Origin: Klebsormidium nitens
Taxonomy: Eukaryota > Plantae > Klebsormidiophyceae
Direction of reading: 5' to 3'
Assembly (NCBI GenBank): GCA_000708835.1
Contig: DF237655.1
Location: 1 to 41,931 of the forward strand
Length of the DNA: 41,931 nucleotides
Shown here: positions 1-11,734 of the stretch, piece by piece
How the letters are laid out: each line of letters opens with the position of its first letter
Numbering within the stretch: position 1 is the stretch's first letter
Program-made: the position numbers and the translations under genes
The notes under the pieces: generated by a model
Seen by the model: only the letters and a program-made list of their open reading frames with translations
What the model was told of the DNA's origin: nothing
Database searches by the model: none

Positions 1-180
1 CCTAAAACCCTAAAACCCTAAAACCCTAAAACCCTAAAACCCTAAAACCCTAAAACCCTAAAACCCTAAAACCCTAAAACCCTAAAACCCTAAAACCCTA
101 AAACCCTAAAACCCTAAAACCCTTAAACCCTTAAAACCCTAAAACACTAAAACCTTGAAACCCTAAAACCCTAAAACCCC
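1..180 (+). repeat. Telomeric repeat array (CCCTAAAA)n / (TTTTAGGG)n with inner variant-repeat zone
   Basis: Perfect 8-nt period over 1-120 (15 units), then variant units CCCTTAAA, CCCTTAAAA, CACTAAAA, CCTTGAAA to about 180. C-rich strand on +, as expected for a left chromosome end. Confidence 0.97.
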
Positions 181-252
181 GATTTTTGCGGAAAATGACA
201 GCCCATAAAAATTCCGTCCCCCGGAATGCGTACCGGTACGTTCACCACAATA

Positions 253-266
253 CCCTAAAACCCTAA
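253..266 (+). repeat. Short interstitial telomere-like repeat CCCTAAAACCCTAA
   Basis: About 1.75 telomere units separated from the main array by 72 bp of unique sequence. Confidence 0.75.
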
Positions 267-963
267 GGAGCCCTGAGAGCAAGAGAGTGGATTTCCATCA
301 TCAGCTCTCTCGGCCGTGGATATATCTTCGTGAATCGTATCGGACGATTCCAATCGTGCAGAAATCGGCACTCGAGTCTGATCGACATCTGCGCCGGGGA
401 AGCCACGGATGTGTCCCGACTTCCCCGTTACAACTTGCAAGCATCAACCGGTGTGGCGAACCTGCAACGATCACCATTGCGCGGCGCTGCCCAGCCATGC
501 AAGTTTCTTCCAGCTCTCCGAAGATACCCGGTTCGCACTACCGGCCAAGGTAGAAATGTCTATAAGGTACCTACCGGGAGGAAAGTTCCGGCGTTCCAGT
601 CATCGAAAGAAAAGCACACCCCGGCTCCGGGCAGATGGAATCAGGGTGCAAACAAATCACAAGCAGAGGCCCGGTGACCGGATCAAGAGCAACGGTTTTA
701 TCCGAGTCAGCCAGATCCTTAAGAGTTCCTCATCGACTGTTGGTCACATGAGACCCCTACAGGTTTCCGTGCGATGTGGAGGATGAAGCAAAGGAAGAGA
801 TGGGGAAGGGGTTTCGAGGACGTAGGGTTGCACTTGCATTAGAACGACACGAAAGGGGGCGCGAGCTGGAATTGGACCCACTCTGCAGGGGGGAGGGGAA
901 GAGCGCGGCTCGTATAGCTGCTGGACATCGCGAACTTTTGAATTCGAATTGAGCTCCAGCACA

Positions 964-3900
964 ATGAATGTAGGGCAGGTGGGAGGGGCACAGAATCCTG
1001 TGCAAGAGCTGGCTTCGCCTTTAGCATTGGCCCCGGGGTTGCAAGGTCCGCCTGGCAGTGCCAAGAAAACTAAAACTCCAAAGACTCCAGGAGAACCTAG
1101 GAGCAAATTAAGAACTGAAGGCGGGTATTTGTCAGTCTATGACATTATCAACTTAGTTCTGGAGAAGGAGCCAGGATCAGATGCAAGGGACCGCTTTAAG
1201 GGTTACAGGTAGGCTGCAGACCAATGTTTTCCACTTATCCTGCTCATTGTTTGCATTGTCTTGGTTGATTACTTATGGAGGTCGTCTGAGCTGAGCATTG
1301 CAAAGACTGACGTGCCTTAACCAACTGGAGCTTAGGCTGATTCTTTTGTACAATCTGCCCTTGGACAGAGATGGAGACAAGAAGCTGCTGGACCTGCCGC
1401 GCATTGCCTTCTCCGGCAAGCATGAGAGCCCCGCCCTCAGCAAGTGGGACGAGCTGGAGGCGCTGCTCAAGCACGTTCAGGACCCAGGTAACCAACCCAC
1501 AATTGCAGGATTAGACAAGAGAGATCAAAGCTTTGTTGCTGCAATGCACGACCGTGGGCCAGGTCTGTCAGAACCTGGTTCTTGGACAGCGTGCTGGGGT
1601 GCAAAGGAACAGCATCGCTTCCCAGCTGCGATTTGAATCGCCATCTTGTGAGAGAGAGGTTTCTGACGAGCTGGAGAGCAAGTCTGCTCGCTATATTCTA
1701 TGTGAACCTCTGCTAGTCTGGTGGGAAGCAATTCCAGTGCCATTGGCTTCTCCTGTGCCCATTCCTGCGGGTCCCTTGCTGCCTGCAGCCAAGGTGCTCA
1801 AGTTTCGGCTGACATACAAGAAGGACCTGGAGGCGGTGCTCGGGCCGGAGCCGGCCACCAATGCCGCCAACCTGGCCGCCTTCGGGCTGCTGCAGGGCAA
1901 CTACTGCCCGGGGCAGGGAGGTACAGCCTGCGGCCGCATGCTTGCCTTCCCATTCCAGCCAGTCTGATCTGCTGTTGGTGGGCCTTCAGTTTGACAACAT
2001 TCGCAGCATTACTGAGTTGTGTGAGGGCTCTTCGTTGCAAACATGGGCATGAAGCATACACATGGATGCAGGGTACTGGACCACCCCACAAAAGGGGTTG
2101 TGTGATCGGTCCGGTGTGAAGGTCGTGGAATCACGCCGCGCTGCGGGCCTGACCTGCCCTGTGCTGTGGGTGCCTGGCAGGCAACCCCGACAGCTACATT
2201 GCGAGCCTGCCCAACCTGGGCGCGTTTCTGGCGTTCAAGCGGAGCCTGGAGTACGAGACGGTGACGGTGTACAGCGCGTGGATGACCAGCCGCCGCTCCG
2301 AGTTCCTGTACGTCAAGTACCGCTGTAATCCAAAGCTCAAGGTCAAGTGCGCCGCGCGCATCATCGCCAGGATCCCGTACGCGGAGGCATCGGAGCGGCC
2401 GCCCCCGCCGAAGCAGGCCATTGCGGCACCCAAGGAGGAGGTGCCTGCTGTCATCAACGTCAATGAGGTACGCGGAAAACCAAGGGGGCCCGCTTTGTGT
2501 TCACCAAGGAGCAGCCCCGTTGCTCTTGCCAGCATCTTGGAAGCACTAGCTACTGCATTGCGGTGCAGTGCGGTGCTTTACCTGTAGGCCATGGTCTTGC
2601 TTCTCTCTGCCGTCTAGCTGTGTCCCCCGTGTTCCTGCGCCCCCTGCGCTCCCTATGTTGAGCGGCTGGCGCGTGTCTGGTGCGTGCAGCTGAGCCTGGA
2701 GCGCGGGCCCATCACGGTGGAGCTGGAGGTGGGCCACGAGGGCCATGTGCCGGGCAGCGCGGCGGACGTGGAGGCGCTGCCGGTGGACGACCGCGTGAGC
2801 GACCGCCTCAAGGAGCTGGCCAAGGAGGGCCACGACTGGAAGAGCATCCAGCAGCAGCTGCACGCGCTGGGGGGGGCCATCGTACAGCAGGAGGCGGCGC
2901 ACGACGCAGCGCAGGTCAGCGCAACCGGGGGGGGCCAAGCGGCGCGCAAGATGTGCGAGAATCGCAAGGCAGCTTGAAGCCGGCGTCGTGATTGGAAGAA
3001 AGTGCGGGCACGTCAATGCAGCTCCCACCATGTTCCATTGAGCTACGTTCTCCTAGGCGGCGTATGGATCATGAGGAGTCAGGCACAGGCGTCATATAAA
3101 GTCTGTGCCTGTTTCCAACCTGCTTGTTTCGCCTTTGTGAGCTGACGTGTTCCAGTGTTGTACAGAATGCGAAGCGCTTCTTTCCGGACGAGAAGACCAT
3201 CAAGGCGCAATTGGTCGTGGAGGGTCGCAAGCAGCGCGATGAAATCTGTAAGCCCTGCCGCAGCTGCCCTTGGTGTCGGGAAGCGTGTTGAGCGCTGTTC
3301 CAATCCGGAGGTTTCAAGCAACCTCTATTTCGAGATGCTTCTGTTCGAACGGCACTTTCTGATGGGTGAAGGTTTCTTCGTTTGCCCTCCTCATTGGAAT
3401 ATCAGGAGTGCCTCTCTAGATCAGCCTCGTGCAATGTATCAGCGGCTCTCCGTATTGAATGCAAGCAGCGGGATGGGACCCTCCCGCGCTTTTGATGTCC
3501 TCCGACCGCCACAGAAGCATGCTCTTCGTAGTTATCCAGAAACCGGAAGGGACCCTGGGCGGACGCTGCTGATGATGCATAGGACTTCGCTTCAGAGGAT
3601 CAATCCCGTAGCTACACGGTGGTGGTGAATTCAGTGAAAGTCACAGGCGCATGCGTCGTTGTGGGCGGCCGGTAGCGGCTGCCCGTTTCTGGCACTAACA
3701 TGCGACCTCTGCATTTCCCCCCTGGCAGCCAAGGCGGCGCAGCACTGGAGCAAGTTCCGCGCGCACCTGTCGCTGCTGCACGCGTGGTCGGTGCTGGCGC
3801 CCAAGGAGACAGCGCGCACCGCACTGGCGCGCGTGGAGGACATCGTGGCGTTCCTGCAGCCGCACCTGGAGAACGTGCAGGGGGCGCCGCTGCAGGGGCA

Positions 3901-4099
3901 GGACAGCCTCGCGCCGGGCCTGGTGCACGAGCCGCAGGCCAAGCCCAAGAAGCGCAAGGGCGACGGGGACGCCGGGGGGGGGGCAAAGAAGCGGGGGCGC
4001 AAGAAGAAGGAAGAGGAGGTCAAGATTGACGTCAACACGCTCCCACACATGCACGATGACGTGCAGATCAGTGAAGCACAAAGTAACCAATGGGTCTAG
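964..4099 (+). CDS. 7-exon gene, about 486 aa: MULE-transposase-type (WRKY/GCM1-like) zinc-ribbon DNA-binding protein, no DDE domain detected, C-terminal basic NLS-like tract
   Basis: Exons 964-1208, 1369-1487, 1789-1920, 2181-2467, 2690-2914, 3166-3247, 3729-4099. All introns GT-AG, phases consistent, 1461 nt total. Motif YRC-x7-CAARI...GHEGHVPGSAADVEALPV...GHDWKSIQQQL resembles the C..C..HxGH-PGS..D..LP...W.SI..L N-terminal region of Mutator-like transposases. C-terminus contains KPKKRK and KKRGRKKK. Confidence 0.72.
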
Positions 4100-4329
4100 C
4101 GAGCACTAACGGCTCCAAGGTAGCTGCTTTGTTGTATGTACGGTTTTTTCTAGTCCCTAAAGCTTGAACGAAGCACGTTTGGTAAGGTTATATCATGTAA
4201 CAAAGTTATATATCCCTGGAGTAGCCAATTAAGTTCTGATGCAAGTGGTAGTAGTACGATGACATTTGATCCGAAATCCCGGTTGCCTGTGACGTCGAAA
4301 TGGCAGTGATACTTGTGGCTCACCATAGC

Positions 4330-5720
4330 GCCAGATTAGGCCACATGCACAAGTCGCGTAGAGGTGCATTATAAATATAAGTCAGGGCGGCCACAATTAT
4401 AGTCCTAGTGGTCGAATGCTTCTCAGCCCCCATGGTATCTCAGGTGCGCCGGTTAGCATGCCATGCGCTCGAGTTCGGTCTAAAACCTGTGATTGAGAGG
4501 GACGGGCTCAGATCAAGCAGACTAACAATAAGGCATGAGGGTCTTGCATGATTTTGAGCGCGGCGCCGCTCCGCATTATAGCATCCCGGCCGGCGGCAGT
4601 TCGATCTACAGTATCTTGGGAACAATTCGGCCCCACCGGTCCGAGTCGAAGCTGGATTCAGGACTTATTCCGAGTTCTTGATCATGCCATTCAATGAGGT
4701 CATATGGATGCGCATTGTTCAAGATATAAGCTGTAGATCAGACTTGTACATACATATGTATACGTTAGCTATAGCCGGCGGCCCTAGCTAGCGCTTTGAA
4801 ACTATACAGTGGATCGAGTTTTAATATTCTAAAATTAATCAACCATCGTGCATGCACATCATGCCTATACTGCAGATCAATATATTCGCGAAGTAGTCGA
4901 TCATTGAATTGTTCATCATGCATGTGCATGTACGTACGTCATATGTTTCAATTTTCTTAGCTTTTAGAGTCAAGTTCCGGCCAATATATATACGTATATG
5001 CCATGAGTCGGAAGCCTAGAGCTAGCTATATATGGCTGCCAATTCAATGATCATGGCTAGCTGTATATACGGAGCGTGCCAGTGATCGAATAGACCATGA
5101 GTCCGACCACGATATCCTGTCCGGCCGGTCCCAGCAGCGTCGGACATCCGTCGCATCGATCAATGGCATAACATATTGTTATGATGCATTGCAAGACAGA
5201 CGGTTACCCGGTGAGCCAGCGTCATCAAGTATATACGGCGAGTCCCGCCGGGCCGAACCAGCTAATTTGCGTCTTATTGCCTTAGTTCAAACGAGGAGTA
5301 TGTTCGTGTACAAGTTTCATTGAGTAGCTAGCTGTGCCGCCCGGCACCGGCATCGCGGTCTGCACAGCATTGTGGGACCGCTAATCGAGTTCACGAAATA
5401 AGTGAACGTGGTCCCAGGTCCTTCAACAAAACGAAGCTGTTCAAGGCGAGTCTAGCTGTTGGGATCGGATGAGTTAAGGTAACCACTTGTGTCGAGTGTA
5501 AAATTACAGCTCAAATCTCCTCAATAATCCATCAGCACCGAAAAGTCCGATCGTGTCAAGACGACTCGAATCTCGAGCTAAGCAACGTTCCCATGCATCT
5601 GCAATGCTAGCAGCATGCCGCAACCTGCCGCTTCAATCTTCGGTTACTCGCTCTTGAGTAGACTCATAGCTAGAACGTTGAACGCTAGCGAGGTCGGCTA
5701 TACCGATCGAGGGGCTTTGG
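4330..5720. other. Palindrome / alternating purine-pyrimidine-rich intergenic island 1 (between convergent genes; boundaries approximate)
   Basis: ATACATATGTAT 4750-4761, GTGCATGCAC 4848-4857, ATATACGTATAT 4988-4999; perfect R/Y alternation at 4745-4765 (21 nt) and 4917-4939 (23 nt); dense CATG, GATC, AGCT, CTAG, TCGA, TATA. Confidence 0.7.
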
Positions 5721-5817
5721 TTTCCAATCTGAAACAACGAGGGTTGTAAACACGTGCGAGAAAGACAACGGTGAGTAGCTGGCATAGGCGGGTGGCTGTG
5801 GCGGTGGCGGTGGTGCG

Positions 5818-8800
5818 TCAGAGGATGATCTCCTCGCGCACCGTGCGTGAAAGCGACTTGTGCGGCAGCACGATGCAGTTGACCACCACCACCTCGTCCT
5901 CCACCACGTTGTCCTCGCCTGCACACCGCCACCGCCACCGTCAGCAGCGCCGCTGACGACCGGGAGGGAAGGAGGAGAGCATGAGGAATCATTCACGACA
6001 ACATACAATCAGTGGCCCTCTACGCTCGGACGCCTGTGTGGGCCAGGCCGCATCGCGCTTAAGGACACATGCCGAAGGGGCCCTTACCCAGGATGGTAAT
6101 CCCCAACTTGGCCTCGTAGTCGCCAGCGCCCTGCACGAGGCAGCCAAGAAGCGGCTCAGCGAAGAGCATACACGTCAGACATGCCGGGCCAACGAGCCTT
6201 CCCATGCCGCGGGACTGGCTGCAGTGACGGTTAGTAGTGGTGTGCGGCGGCTTACTTGGACGCGGGACCACCGGCCGATGGTGGACTTCCAGCCGACGAT
6301 GGAGTGCATCACACACGCGTTCTCCTGCAAGCACGCGGGCCAGTATGTCAGCTCCGAACTAGGCCGGAGATGAGGCGGAAACGGCACAGGCAGGCGTGTG
6401 CGCGGGGATGCACAGGCGGTGTCCCGGACTCGTGGCTGCGCCCGACGTGCTGCTGGAGACCATCGTCCTGGGGCCCGCTACGTTACCTCGCCTCTTTGTC
6501 TCGCTGCTTTTACCTCATGGGTGTCAATACGGATACTCGTCCTGTCCAAGAGGGGGCGAGATAGGGACTGATTGTCCGCGCAGTCAAGGGACATCATCTG
6601 GCGCAGGAGAATGTTTGCCTTTCAGTCAGCATTGCGGAAGGTCTGCCCAGGTGTCAGTCACTTCTGCTCAGACTAACAAAGGAGCGTGGCCCCGAGGAGC
6701 AGTTGGCAGGGTCGCTGTGCGCGCACCTTGATTTCGACGTCGTCCAGGATGATGCAGCTGATGAGGCGCACCCCCGCGCCGATGCGCGCGTTGGCCGCCA
6801 CCGCCACGTTGGGGCCCAGCTGCAGCACAGCAGCGCACGTCACACCGTGGCCACGTGCCAGGAACCCCAGCAGGGACTGGGTCACGCAGCGAAAGATTCC
6901 ACGAGGCTGCACGAGTGGTGCCCAATGTCTGCCGCGACGAGGCAGCTGTTCGCAAGGGCGCATCAACACGGCTGACAGCAGCGGGCGGGGTCTGACCTTG
7001 GCGGAGGGGTGGATCTTGGCCGAGGGGTGCACGTAGACGTCGCCGACGATGGCGGCCTTGCCCGGGCCGTCTCCTGAGGCCAGCAGGCCGGGGTTTGTGC
7101 GGCGGTACTGCGCCAGGTACAGCCCGGAGCACCGCAGCGCCATGCTGCACAAAGCACGCCACGCAGGTCAGCCACGCCGAGGCGGCTCCAGGAGAAATGG
7201 GAAATGGCAACCTCTCCAGCCCAGCTTGGCAGAGGCATGCCCAGGTGTGTCAGAGAGCGGTCGCGAATGGGCTGCCCGTGGTGGAGGCAGCTTCCTGTCC
7301 ATGCTCTGCGATACTGCAAGTTCCAGCGTCTCGTGCGGGTGGTTCCTCTGGCCTCTCACCCGGGCGTCTTGATCTGCTCCCAGAAGTCGAGCGTCTCGTA
7401 CACGTACAGCTGGCGCTTGCCCGCCAGCGGCGTCAGCACGTCTTGGTCCAGCCGGATGAACTCCGCTGCCGAGCCCCTGCACACACGCTCACACCCGCTC
7501 AGTCACCAACCACTGCAGAGACACGGCCCCCGACAGGCCTCCACCGGCCGAAGTGGCAAACACGCCAACTTCTAGCGACTCACAATCAAGTATACTGCAC
7601 AGCATGTTCCAAAGAACGGTGTTGCTTGCAGCATTTCCTAGGTCTGTGGAGCGGCTGCGTCACAACCAAGGTACTGTTGAGAAGGTGTACGCCGGCTAAC
7701 CTGGTGGTGCTGGCAGTGGCGAGGACCTCGAAGCTGGAAGCGCGCTTCAAGCTCGCTGCACGTGCCACGAAGCAGGGGGCGTCACACAGCCAGCCAGAAC
7801 GTCATATCCGGGACATGTCAGCAATACGCTATGAAGATATGGAGCAAAACAAATTCCCGAAGCAAACCAGACTTCACGCATTTCGGCTGCTCTTGATCTG
7901 CCAAATAAATGTAAGTATTCCATGGTCTGAAATCGTTACAGCTGGGCAGATCCCAGCTCAGCCTGTCCTGACGCGTCGCTGCGGGGCCTCACCGGTGTCC
8001 CTCTTGAAGGTGGAGACGGAGCTGATGTGGTCGAAGAGGCTGGACGAGAAGACGTACACGCCGCAGTTGATGAGGTCGCTCACAAACGTCTCGGGCTTCT
8101 CCGTGTAGTGCAGCAGCTCCTTGGTCTGCGGGTCCGCCACCAGCTCCCCAAACTCGGCCGCCTTCTCCTTGGACACCTTCTTCACCAGGATCGTGCCCAG
8201 GCCCCCGCGCGCGCGCTGCGCCTCTGCCCGCACGCACTGACCAGTCAGCACGCCGGCTCACACCATACCAAGTCAGATTATGACGTCAGGAAGCTTGGAC
8301 AGGCTTGGGTGCGCCTATCTTACAACGAGTGTTCCACATCAAGAAGGGCAGGGCGGGCATAGGCAGTCTCACGAAGGACTCGTTGGCAGTTAGAAAAGAG
8401 GCTGCGGGGCATCGTGCTTGGAGGGGCAGCCAGAGGTTGCGGGCCCACCTTGCAGCTCTGCGAGGGGGAAGCTGCAGCAGACATCGCAGTTGAGAACAAA
8501 CAGCATGTCCTGCACACAAAGACACCGGGCAGCATGTGAAGAGCGCAGCCAGTACGTGCTCGGCGGCCAGGAGAGGAAGCCCTCAACTCCCTGTCACTGC
8601 AACCAACAGGTTTGCATCCAGGTCCTCAGCGGATGGCACACTTTGAAGAAGAACGTGTCACTATCAGATCTGTTGAGTTGAATGCAAACAAAATGCATGT
8701 AAAGTCGGAGGCGAGGCTCTGAGATCTGGTGGTGGCACTAACTGGGTCATCTTCCATGATGATGTCCTTGAAGTGGCTGAGCCCCCCTGCGGAGCCGCGC

Positions 8801-9867
8801 GCCTTGTCCTCCTTCAAGTATCTGCGCATCACCCCACGCACAGTCAGCACAGCGCGGCGCAGGCAACAGCCCCCAGTGCCACACTGGCTCCAGGCAGTGG
8901 GCACACTGGCCCTTGCCTGTTTGTCCTGCTGGGCCTCAGGGAGTGGCGGCCAGCCCTGGCTGAGCCCTAGAGGCACAAAGTGCAAGAAGCGCGCCAAGCT
9001 GGTGGTTTGCAGGGCAGGGGGGCGGTGGCTCACCTGACGGGCACCTTGAGCTCAGTGGAGAGCGCAGACACGTAGAGCTGGAACTCCTTCTCCTCGTAGA
9101 AGCCCACCAGGTAGATGTGCACCAGGTCGGGGACCTGCAAGGCGGGACACACTCAGGGATGCTGCGGGACTGGGCCAGAGACGCTGAGAGCCGGAGTCAA
9201 GCTAGCAGTCTCCTCACCCAGCTTGGATAGAAGGATCACGTTTAAGCACAGAATCTATGAAGTGTCACATCAAGTCACAAATTGACCCTCGATGGGCAAC
9301 AACGTGAGGTCAATGCAGTAGTTGAATCTGCAAGACAAATGAAGCGATACTTCAAGATCTGCATTTGTTGGAGCTTCATCAGCACTCACCTTTTTACAGG
9401 CCTGGATGGGATGATGCACCATGGGTTGGCCAGCCAGTGGGAAGATGGGCTTGGCGACATTGAAGGAGAGGGGCCGGAAGCGGGTGCCTGCATTCCGCCG
9501 CAGGCAATCCCCATCATGGATCCACAAATCCCTCTTGCAAAATCCACACCTTGTCCATCAATCCATCAACCAACAGACAAACAAGGCTGAGGTGTTGCGC
9601 AAGTTTCTGAATTGCAACCCTCACAAAGAGTGCTCAATATAGCGCAAGTTGGCCAATCCCCAATGCCTATGCTGTACAGCCAGACAATCACAGCCACACA
9701 TTCTTACACTGTCACGGCAGTCATTCCTCCATCGAGCTGGCAGTTGAGAGTGCATTCTGCTGATCACCTGAAACTTTGCCAGCCCCGCATTGGCGGCAGC
9801 TGCTAAATTATTGACACTCACCTTTCGTTGGCCCCCCAACCATGATAATCGCCACAGAGCGCGTCAT
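5818..9867 (-). CDS. GMPPA: Mannose-1-phosphate guanylyltransferase alpha subunit (GMPPA / plant KONJAC-like), 13 exons, 413 aa
   Basis: Exons (minus) 9867-9822, 9487-9390, 9134-9034, 8821-8743, 8509-8449, 8223-7993, 7755-7701, 7476-7360, 7144-6997, 6819-6727, 6324-6256, 6130-6088, 5918-5818; 1242 nt. Motifs [51 protein letters not shown], left-handed beta-helix repeats, and terminal EEIIL. Confidence 0.96.
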
Positions 9868-10600
9868 CTTCTCAAAGTCCGGGCACCTCTTAAGCAACTG
9901 TGGTTCCTTTGACCACGCCGATCAGACTTCTTTGGGTAGACGAAGTTTCCCGGCAGATCAACAATGGTTGCTCGTAGCGACCTCACAGGGTAAACCAGAG
10001 CCAATGTGCGAGCCAGGGCGCAAGAGATCAATGTTCCAGTGGCTGGTGATTGAACACCCGACAATGATGACAATGTCACTGTCAGTCGCCTTGCTCAGAA
10101 CTCCAGAGCTGAAATCATTTGCGCGTTGCACTGGCAGGGAACTTGAAGCAGGTTCACTTCGTCAAAGTGCTTCGTTTCGACTCAACCTGACCGGGCCTCG
10201 GACGAATACCTTTGAATATTCTGGCCGAGATTCTGACACTTTCCACACTTCAATACTCAATACATATATTCTTCAGTTCAAATGACAAACCGTTGGTGTC
10301 AACGACGTAAGGTCCCGTAATTGTAGGAAGATGTCATAGAAAGCTGAGCCGTGAGTCGTGACTGCACTTCTTTCTTAGTCTTTGTCATCAGCAAATTCTT
10401 CGATAGAATTTGTCAGCTGCCTTGAAGTTGGTGTAGTTTTGGTCGAACAAGAGCGCGTGCAAGCGGCTGCAGGTGGCAGTTGTGCATGCTTGGAGGGCTA
10501 TCAGACAGGAGTGGACTGCTGAAGAGCCTCGCAGACTCGTACGTTGGGGCTGCCCATCGCTGCATTCTTACGCTCACCGATTTGACACAGTCTGTTTGTC

Positions 10601-11734
10601 ATGGCGTCCACTGCAGCCTGCCAGAGCCTGCTGCCTGCTCTGTCTGGCACGCAGCCGCGCTCCCCTGCTGTGGCCGCCCTCCGCCCTGATCCCTGCTGCC
10701 AGCTCCCGTGCAATGCTGCATCATGGCACAGCAACCGGGTGCGGCATAGGCTGCAGACGCAGGCACGGATTGCGACTGTGAGCTGCGCGCCGCCCGCCGC
10801 GGCAGCATTGTCCTCCTTGTCCTCGCTCAGTGCTCCGTCCCACCTAGCAGCCCTGAGCCACGGGCCCTGTTTATCCCCACGCAGCGGCACGCCCTCGGGG
10901 CGGCAGATAGAGGCGCGGCGGCGCGAGGAGGGCATTGAGCCGGCGCAGCGCGTGGTGGCGGGGCTGGCGTACCTGCTGCCGCTGCTGGACGGCATTCGCT
11001 ACGGGCGCTTCCTCTTCCAGCAGTACCCCTTCACGGAGGTCGTGCTGCAGCCCATCCTGCCGCTGGTGCAGCTGTACAACAGCGTGCCCTTCTCCTCCCT
11101 CGTCGCCTTCTTCGCGTGAGCCCACTCGTCACAACTGTCGCTTAAGCCCTCATGCAGGTGGTGCCAGTGATGCTTGCCCAACTTGCCCAACCTTCAGCTG
11201 GGGCCGCATCTTGAAGTATACCACCACTGGCGCCGTTGCTCAATTTCACTGAATCTTGCCTCACAGCCTAATCCTGTAGGTCTTTAGGCACCAGTCTGTA
11301 ACTGCACCATTTTGCGATGATCCTTGTCCCTTCGAAGACCTTCTATGAGAAGCATCGTGCCGCAATCTTTGACGGACCGGTGGCCAATTTTGGCGCCACC
11401 TGGTGCGCCCCCTGGGGTTGACTCGTGTGCTGCTGGGCGCGGGTCGTGCAGGCTGTACCTGCTGGTGGTGAACAACCCGCGGTACTCGCGCTACGTGCGC
11501 TTCAACTGCTACCAGGCCATCCTGCTGGACATCCTGCTCATCCTGCCTGGCCTCGTGGAGCGCAGCTTCAGCCCCTCCGGTGGCGCGGGCCTCGAGGCGC
11601 TCATCCTGTTCTACAACACCGTCTTCCTCTTCATCTTTTCGTGCTTTGCCTTCGGCTCCATCTCCTGCCTCCTTGGCAAGGAGCCCCGCCTGCCGGTTGT
11701 GGCAGATGCGGCGGATGCGCAAGTGCCATTCTAA
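10601..11734 (+). CDS. TIC20: Chloroplast inner-envelope translocon Tic20 / Ycf60 family (Tic20-II/V-like), 2 exons, 265 aa
   Basis: Exons 10601-11115 and 11452-11734. Ser/Ala/Arg-rich transit-peptide-like N-terminus, then AYLLPLLDGIRYGRFL, SRYVRFNCYQAILLDILL, PRLPVVADAAD. Confidence 0.93.

Noticed and set aside
3583-3675. Possible SWIM-finger lead-in (SEDQSRSYTVVVN) in intron 6 of gene 1
   Set aside because: No CxC...CxH motif follows, a stop occurs at 3673, and exons 6 and 7 already join in phase without it.
4196-4200. TGTAA as a Chlamydomonas-type polyadenylation signal
   Set aside because: A 5-mer is too common and was not consistently placed behind the other genes.
270-4330. Intact Mutator element (TIRs and TSD) around gene 1
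   Set aside because: No inverted similarity is visible between 270-960 and 4100-4330, and no DDE-encoding exon was found.
5373-5416. Nested stem-loop TGGGACC...GTTCAC-GAAATAA-GTGAAC...GGTCCCA as a ncRNA or terminator
   Set aside because: Short, bulged stems are expected by chance in palindrome-rich DNA, and there are no tRNA, snoRNA or miRNA hallmarks.
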